This document shows positions 45,703 through 64,000 of a stretch of DNA of 64,000 bases, piece after piece. The translations under genes and the position numbers were made by a program. The notes beneath the pieces are model-generated. The model was not told the origin of the DNA. It did no database searches and saw nothing but the letters and a program-made list of their open reading frames with translations. Source of the DNA: Chrysomallon squamiferum (Eukaryota; Animalia; Mollusca); assembly GCA_012295275.1 (NCBI GenBank), contig CM022679.1, positions 9,858,001 through 9,922,000 of the forward strand. Direction: 5' to 3'. Positions within the stretch are counted from its first letter, which is position 1. Every line of letters begins with the position of its first letter.

Positions 45703-46394
45703 ACTGACACAAAACAGAAATGTGATTTATAAGTGCCTAGCTAATAAGAGCAATGTCCAAAGTGCACCTGAAGGGGTGTTTTTTTTTTTTTTTTTTTTTT
45801 TTTTTTATCTATCACGCCTGTTTTATCTAAAAGGAAACTGAAATTGTGTATTTTTACTGGGTTAGATAAAGAATGGGGAATGTGATTAGGAAGAAAAGGT
45901 TACAACGATAAATAAATAATACAATACGAAATGTGTCGATTTTTATAGGTGACTGGATTTTCGCTGTATTGTTACAGCAAATATGAGTTAAAACGCAAAA
46001 AGAACATCGAGGATGATTTAAGGTAAAATTTTATTTTGTGGATGTTGATGTAGTAACGGGTGGTGGTGATAGTTGTATAAAGATATAAATAGACGCAGTA
46101 GTGGTAGTAGCACTGATGGTGGTGATGGTGCTGATGATGGTAGTAGTGATTGGGGTAGTTGTTGTTGTTGTAATGGTACCAGTGGTGGTGGTGGTGGTAG
46201 TGGAGATAACAGTAATTTAGTAATAAGGTATCAAACTATTTGTCTGATCTCCAAGATAAATACACTTTACAATACCAATTTATTTCTTTACATTCTCTTT
46301 TATTTTTTTTTTTTTATACAATATTTGTCATTTATAAATACATTTCTCTTATTTAAAAACACGTTACAAAAAACTGGGTGGTTTTCTGGTGGGG

Positions 46395-46525
46395 TGGGGG
46401 CACTGGAACGGATTAATTGTATTTCAGTTAATTTCAGTGAAGAAAATTGATTTGATATACGAGCAAACTGAGTTACGAGCTCGGTCACGGAATGAATTTA
46501 ACTCGTAAGTCAAGGTACCACTGTA
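46395..46525. mobile_element. One end of a Tc1/mariner-pogo (Tigger-like) MITE; paralogous copy at 62160-62281
   Basis: Terminus reads TA-CAGTGGTACCTTGACTTACGAG on the minus strand, typical of this TIR class with a TA target. Confidence 0.65.
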
Positions 46526-46554
46526 TATATATTTATTTATTTATTTATTTATAT

Positions 46555-47463
46555 ATAAAAACAAATATTAAGCAAACAAGGATTATGAAGAGATTAATCA
46601 TAAGAGAAAAGAAAAGGGTTGACAAAACTATGCTATATTATAATTCATTTGATATTTCACTATGAAGAGATTAATCATAAGAGAAAAGAAAAGGGTTGAC
46701 AAAACTTTGCTATATCACTGGTTATATAATTTTTTTAAATAAAGCAACACACACACACACACACACACACATATTAAACTTGATAACATGAAAACAAACT
46801 CATCTTTATCGTGTAGCTACATTTTATAACTCATAACATGTAGCCATATTAGTTATAGAAAATTAAAATGAGAAATAATTAAAAAGAAATAATTAAAAAA
46901 CACTGAATAGTATACATTACTATACTTTATCCAGTTACATGTTCTGCAGGTTTGAAACCATTCATCATTACCATTCACTATGATTTTGTTACTGTTTTTT
47001 TTTTTTTAGCATAAATGGGTAAATGTATATAATATAAATATTTTTAAATTGCAATGGATATTTATCATGGTAAATTTGCCATGACTGTGCCATACATACT
47101 TAGAAAACTATATAGTTTACTGGTTTTGTTAGTTTATGTATTTTTTATTACAGATTTTATTTATTTAGTTTTTTTCTTTTAAATAAAAAATAAAAAATGA
47201 TTTCATCATCTTCATTATTTACTACAGTTGCTGTTATTTATAAATTGAGTGTAAGGCAACATTAAAAAAAAAAATAATAATAACATCCATGCAGACATAA
47301 CACAAAAAAAAGAAAGGCTGTAATAACATACCAAAAACATCATCTTACCAAAATTGTGTTGTTGTTTTGGTTTTTTTTTTTTTATATACCTCAAATACAC
47401 ATGTATTAAACTACAGCCTGCCATACTCCTCTTTCTGTTTATATAGCTCTATGAATAATAAAA

Positions 47464-47514
<51 letters not shown>

Positions 47515-48858
47515 AAATAAAATAAAATAAAATAGAATAAAATAAAATAAAAAACCAAAATTAGCAAACATAATACATAAATAAACAGAATTACTAAATG
47601 AAAATCTATATACATGTATATATTCCAAGTATTATAAACAAATATATGTCTCAAGTAACTATCTAAACATATATAGATGCATGACTCAGTTTTGTAAAAT
47701 TTCTTTCAAGAAACTCTTGCCTGCAGAGGTGGGGTGGCACCATTACTGTTTTATTGTTGTTGTTGTTGTTGATGTTGTTGTAAATTTCCAAACAAATGTT
47801 AATAAGTTATTATTATATGGAAATATAATTTAATATTTTAATAATGCACTTAAGCTTTTCTGAACATCATGAATGCATTTAATGTATAAGACAAATTGCT
47901 ACTGTGCTCCCAGAATTTAAAAAAAAATATATAAAAAAAAATTAAAATGAATAAATAAATTATTAAATAAACAAATAAGCAAAACAAGGATTATGAAAAG
48001 TTTAATCATAAAAAGAAAAGAAACTGGTTGACCAACCTATGCTATATTTTATTTTCGTTTGATAGTTCACTAACAACATTTGGTCACTGGTTATATAATT
48101 TTTTAAAAAGCACACACACACACACACACACACATACACACACACATTAAACTCGATAAGATGAAAACAAACTCATCTTTGTTGTGTAGCTATATTTTTA
48201 TACTCTTAACATGTAGCTATATTTGTTACGGAAAACTTTAAAATGAGAAATAATTAAAAAACACTGAATAGTATTCATTACTACACATTATCCAGTTACA
48301 TTTATTTATTACTGTTTTTATCTTTTTAACATAAATGGATGAAAGTATATGATATAAATATTTTTAAATTGCAATGGCCATTTATCATGGTATATTTGAC
48401 ATGACGGCGCCATATATACTTAGAACACCATATAGCTTACTGGTTTTGTTATTTATTTATTTTTTATTACAAAAATAGTTTTTTTATTCATTTATTTTTT
48501 TACTAAAAAATCAAAAATGATTTCATTATTTACTACAGATGCTGTTATTTATAAACTGAGCGTAAACCTACATTTGTTTTTCTAATCTACATCCATGCAG
48601 ACATCAAACAATAAGGATGTATTAATAAAAAGATTTGTTGCAGAACTTTCCATTAACTGCAGAGAATGTAGACAGTATTAAAAATCATAATTAATGTGTT
48701 CGCCACGAAATAATGTCCATGTGTCTTTGTCCATGAAAATGAAAATTATTTCATGGTGAACATAAGCAGGTAATTATTAATAACAAGTGTAAATTCAGTG
48801 CATTAATCTAACTTGGCATGTTTTATTTTTGTTTTGTTTATTTTTAAAAAATTTATTT

Positions 48859-48894
<36 letters not shown>

Positions 48895-48987
48895 GTATTT
48901 TTATAATTCAAGATTTTGTTTTCTCTTCTTATTCAAGTATTGGATTTACTGCTAAATATTTCTGTTAGAACAAATATTTTTCTGAAT

Positions 48988-49019
<32 letters not shown>

Positions 49020-49860
49020 TTATACCGCCTGAATTACATGTACATGTATATGAAACAATACCATTTAACACTCTTCTAAGAAAACGAAATTTAACTTCTT
49101 TTAAAATCTCTGTTAAAGGTTTTTAATTTTTGTATAATTTTCTATTTTTGTTATTTAGTCAAAGAATTAAATTAATTTTTTCTGTTACTTTTTATATTTA
49201 TCTTTTTTTTTTTTTTTTAAAATTTTATTATTTAATGGAATTATATACCTTTAAATTATTGAAGATGAGAGATTTTGTTTCAAATCTTTTATATCATTTG
49301 CTTTTATTTGTATTAATTATCCATTATTTTTTTTTTTTTTTTTTTTTACAGAAATGGCTGTAATAACATACCAAAAACATCATTTAACCAAAATTCTTAT
49401 TTTTTTTTTTTATGGTTTTCTTTTAAGGGGTGTTTTTGCTGTTTTATTGTTTGTTTGTTCAAAAAAAAAAAAAAAATATGCTGGACAGAGCCATCACAAA
49501 TATCATACACTGCATTTGTTAACAAAATAAAATAATATTTTATATATCTCAAATACACATGTATTAAACTACAGCCTGCAATACTCCTCTTTCTGTTTAT
49601 ATATCTCTATGAATAACAAAAAAAAAAATTTTATAAAAATATAATAAATAAATAAATAAAAAAAATTAAAAATTAAAAACCAAAACTGACAAACAGAATA
49701 AATAAATAAACAGAATTACTAATGAAAATCAATATATATTCCAAGTATTATAAACAAAATTATATGTCCCAAGTAACTATCTAAAGATTTATAGATGCAT
49801 GACTCAGTTTTGTTAAGGGTCTTTCAAGAAACTCTTGGCTGTGGAGGTGGGTGTGGCACA
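46555..49860. repeat. Local direct duplication (46555-47742 vs 47970-49860), with a third related copy at 63250-64000
   Basis: Shared blocks such as AACAAACTCATCTTT, AAATTGCAATGG.CATTTATCATGGTA, GGCTGTAATAACATACCAAAAACATCAT and TAGATGCATGACTCAGTTTTGT. Confidence 0.85.
48689..48776. mobile_element. Short fold-back (MITE-like) element
   Basis: Inverted repeat TGTTCGCCACGAAATAAT / ATTATTTCATGGTGAACA. Confidence 0.5.
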
Positions 49861-49975
49861 ATGAATGGCCTGACGATGGGAGTGTGGCATTCCAGAAGAT
49901 CAGCAACGTCGACGTCACTGGACGCAGTTTGTTCTGATGATCACCAAGGACATCCACACGCTGAAAATACTGAAA

Positions 49976-50019
<44 letters not shown>

Positions 50020-50636
50020 ACAAACAAGCTAGTTAGTAAAAAAAAAAATTATAATTAAATAAAATAAATAAATAAATAAAACAAGTTATTTAGTTAAAAA
50101 AGAAAAAAGAAAAAATTAATATAAATAAATAAATAAATAAATAAATAAACAAACCTGCCTGTCGAATCAAATGACAGCTAACAACTCCGCCTCAGTTCAC
50201 GTGACGAAGATGGAAAAATGTCAAAAATTAGGGTCTCACATCACATTTTAACAGCAAACAAGAAACCATTTTGAAAAGTATGTTAATTTTTTATTGTTGT
50301 TGTTGTTGATGATGTTGTTGTTGTTGTAAATGCAAGGAACATACCAACAGTTCTACAGGAGTACGTATTTGTAATAAAAGTGACAGAAATGACGAGTCAG
50401 TCGATTTAACAGTAATAATAATAATTATATTAACGTTTGTATAGTATGAACTGCACACACTAACAACCATCTGAGAATAAATACTTTTACCCTTAATATT
50501 AGCAGTTATTTAGACAGAATTTACACCGGATATCTTGAAGGTAAAAATAATAATAATAATAATAATAATAATAATTAAAAATATATATTAAAAACTAAAC
50601 ATTGTTTCCTTAGAACAGTCGTAATCGATCAAAAGT

Positions 50637-60592
<9,956 letters not shown>

Positions 60593-62417
60593 GCTGAGAT
60601 AAAACAGAAATGTCCTTTTCTTTCAGGGTAGCTGATAAGAGTTGTGTCCAAAGTGCACCTGATGAAGTGGTTTTTTCTTTCTTTCTCGCCTATTTTATCT
60701 AAAAGGAAACTGAAATTGTGTATTTTTACTGGGTTAGATAAAGAATGGGGAATGTGATTATGAAGATTAGGTTACAAAGATAAGTAAAAAAATAAAATTG
60801 AGCTTTCTCATTTAAATAAATGAGTATTATTTCAAAAGAAAACAAAATGTCGAAAACAAATACTGAAATTCTTCAATTTTCAGTAGTAGTAGTAGTAATA
60901 ATTACAACAACAAAAAATAACAGTAACAACAACAGCAATAACGATAACATTAAAATGTTAACAATTTAAAATATAAAGAAGTTAATTAATAAATTAATAA
61001 ATATTATTATTATAAAAATATAATAGTAAAAACAACCTTAAAACAGTTATTTGAAATAAATAAATAAAATAAAATAAAATAAAATAAATAATTAATACTT
61101 ACAAAACAACACAAAAATAATAGTAACAATAACATCAGCAATAATGGTATTAATAATAACAATAACATTAAAATTTTAGCAGCTTAAAATATAAAGAAAT
61201 TAATTAATAAATAAATAATAATAACAAAATTTTAGTAGTAAAAACAATATTAAATATCTTTTTTTATTTAAAATGAATAAATATATGAATGAATGAATGA
61301 ATTAAAATAAATAAATATATATATATATATATATATTTATTTATTTTATGTATATATATATATTTATTTTAATTATATATTCATATATATACACATGTGT
61401 ACACACACACACATACATATGTGTGTATATATATGTATATAGTTGTAATGTTATTTACCTGTGTTTCTACTAGATGAGCCAGGACGTTGTTTCTTCAACC
61501 AGGGTAACAGTTTCAACTGGCCACTTTGGGCAATGAAAAGGTAATTCAACATTTCACAGTCAGTTACGTTTTCAGGTCAGTTCAAGTGTGTCTACGCGCT
61601 ACATTTTTTTTTACCGGTATTTTGTTTAGTTTTTTTTTGTTTAGTTTATTTGACTCGGTTTCTTGACATCGTACAATACGAAATGTGTCAATTTTTACGG
61701 GTGACTGGATTTTCTCTGTATTGTTACAGCATGGATGAGCGTAAACGCAAAAAGAACATCGAGAATGATTTAACTAAAAGATGTAAGGTAAAATGAAAAC
61801 CTTTACGTTTTTTGTTGGTTTTTTCGTCGATGTTGAAGTAGTAACGGATGGTGGTGATAGTTGTATAAAGATATAAACAGACGCAGTAGTGGTAGTTGCA
61901 CTGATGGTGCTGGTGGTGGTGCTGATGATGGTAGTAGTGTCTGGGTTAGTTGTTGTTGTTGTTGTAATGGTACCACTGGTGGTGGTGGTAACTGTAATTT
62001 AGTAATAAGGTATCAAACTATTTGTCTGATCCCCAAGATAAATTATCCTTTAGAAAACCAATTTATTTTCTTACATTCTCTTTTATTTTGTTTTTATACA
62101 ATAAGTGTCATTTATAAATACATTTTTCTTATTCAAAAACACGTTACGCTGGTTTTTGGGTGGTTGGAACGGATTAATGGTATTCCAGTTTAAGTTGAGA
62201 AAACTGTCTTGATCTACGAGCAAATTGAGTTACGAGCTCAGTCACCAAATGAATTTAACTCGTAAGTCAAAGTACCATGTATATATATATATATTTATTT
62301 ATATTTATTTTATTTTATTTTATTTTATTTTATTTTTTTTTATTTTATTTTTGTTTTATTTTGTATTTATTTATTTTATTATTATTATTTTTCATTTATT
62401 GTTATTATTTTTTAATT

Positions 62418-62451
<34 letters not shown>

Positions 62452-64000
62452 TTTTTTTTTTTTTTTTTTTTTGTTATTTATTTATTCTTAAATTTTTTTT
62501 TTTTTTTTTTTGCTGTAAAATCGTCCTGGACATAGTCTACGAAGGAGAAACAGCTGTACTAATTTGTTAATGTTTCACGAAATAAAATAACTGAAATCGA
62601 ATATCTGGGTAGAGAGCATTAAGTAGGCCTGTCTGTTAAAATCAATACGGTTCTTCCGACTCGAATGTCTCGTGATTATGCATTTTTGTGCAACCAGGTT
62701 CCTCCGTCAGTTTTAAATTTAGTTATTTCTCATCGGTATTTGAATAATGAATAGCATAATGTTAATGAGTCAGAACCTATATTTAACCCTTATTCAAAAT
62801 GCCCTGGTGATAAAAACTTTTTGAAAATGATTATTTATTTATCAAATAAAATAAATGGTTATATCTTTTTACTGATTTTTCAGCATTAGTTTTAGATTTT
62901 GACTCTTGTAATAACGTCAAAACGTCAAGATTCCATTTATATGTGATATTTATTTATTTATTTATTGTAATAGTTAGTGTCGATTAATGTTTTTAAAATG
63001 TTACATTAACTTTTAACATTTTTATTTTTTTTTGTCTTTTTGTCTTTTATATTTCTATATTTGTTTATTTTATTTCACTTTTATTTTTTTACTTTTTATT
63101 TTTTCTTTCCTTATGTTTTATTTTTTTTTTTTTTTATTGATATTATTTATTTATTTATATATCTGTCACTGTCGCATCCAATAATGAACAAAAATAGCCA
63201 TAATACTATTACTGTTATTATTATCATTATTATTATTTTTATTATAACTGTTGTTGATGTTGTTGCTGTAAATTTCCAAAAAAAATGTTAATACGTTATT
63301 AATATATGGAATTACAATTTAATATTTTAATAATGCACTTAATCTTTTCTGAATATCCTTTCATTGAATATCCCACTGTGCTTCCAGAATTTAATAATAT
63401 ATGAATAAATTTAATTAAATAAACAAAAAGGCAAACAAGTATAAGACAATTTTAATTTCGTTTGATTTCACTAACAACATATGATCACTGGTTAGTAACA
63501 ATTTTGAAAAAGTACAGACAGACAGACATATTTTATTACATATTAAATTCAATAACATAACATGCTCATATTTATAGTGTAGTTATATTTTATTACTCAT
63601 AACATGTAGCTATATTTGTTACAGAAAACTAAAAATGAGAACTAATTAAAACAACACTGAATAGTATACATTACTACTTATTATCTAGTTACATTTTTTT
63701 TATTATTGTTTTTTCTTTTTAACATAAAGGGATCCATGTATATAATATAAATATTTTTAAATTGCAATGGCCATTTATCATGGTATATTTGCCATGACGG
63801 TGCCACCTATACTTAAAACACCATATAGTTTGCTGGTTTTGTTATTTATGTATTTTGTAAAATAGATTTTTTTAATTTTTTACTTTTTTTTTTATTAAAA
63901 AAAGTCAAAAATGATTTCATCAGCATCATTATTTACTGCAGCTGCTGTCATTCATAAATTGAGCATAAACCTACATTTTTTTTTTTTAATTTACATCCAT

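Noticed and set aside
46073-46450. Gly/Ser/Cys-rich 125-aa ORF (and paralog 61861-62193)
   Set aside because: It derives from (GGT/GAT/GTT)n simple repeats, has a non-ATG start and runs into a MITE.

Overview
AT-rich, microsatellite-laden, intron-containing animal DNA. A Meta-domain SINE suggests a mollusc or other invertebrate (inference). Contents, read exon by exon with splice phases checked by hand: (1) an intact ARPC1A/ARPC1 gene on + (12 coding exons, 2412-17781, 371 aa); (2) three tandem ABCG2-type half-transporter genes on - (A 22449-32097, B 35635-45702, C 50637-60592), where B and C come from a recent ~15 kb tandem duplication; (3) the possible start of a divergent gene at the left edge. 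Most notable observations: the last ARPC1A intron holds a decayed element bounded by TGTCAC...GTGACA LTR-like repeats, whose spliced antisense cargo resembles a zinc finger plus two PD-(D/E)xK restriction-endonuclease-like domains rather than gag/pol. There is a candidate 72-nt acidic cassette exon at the ARPC1 filament-contacting insert. Amino-acid changes between ABCG2-B and -C concentrate in the transmembrane substrate pocket. Also seen: a GC-AG intron with a candidate 21-nt microexon, an inverted exon copy, an orphan terminal exon and several copy-specific insertions. All family assignments are from motif recognition; no searches were run.
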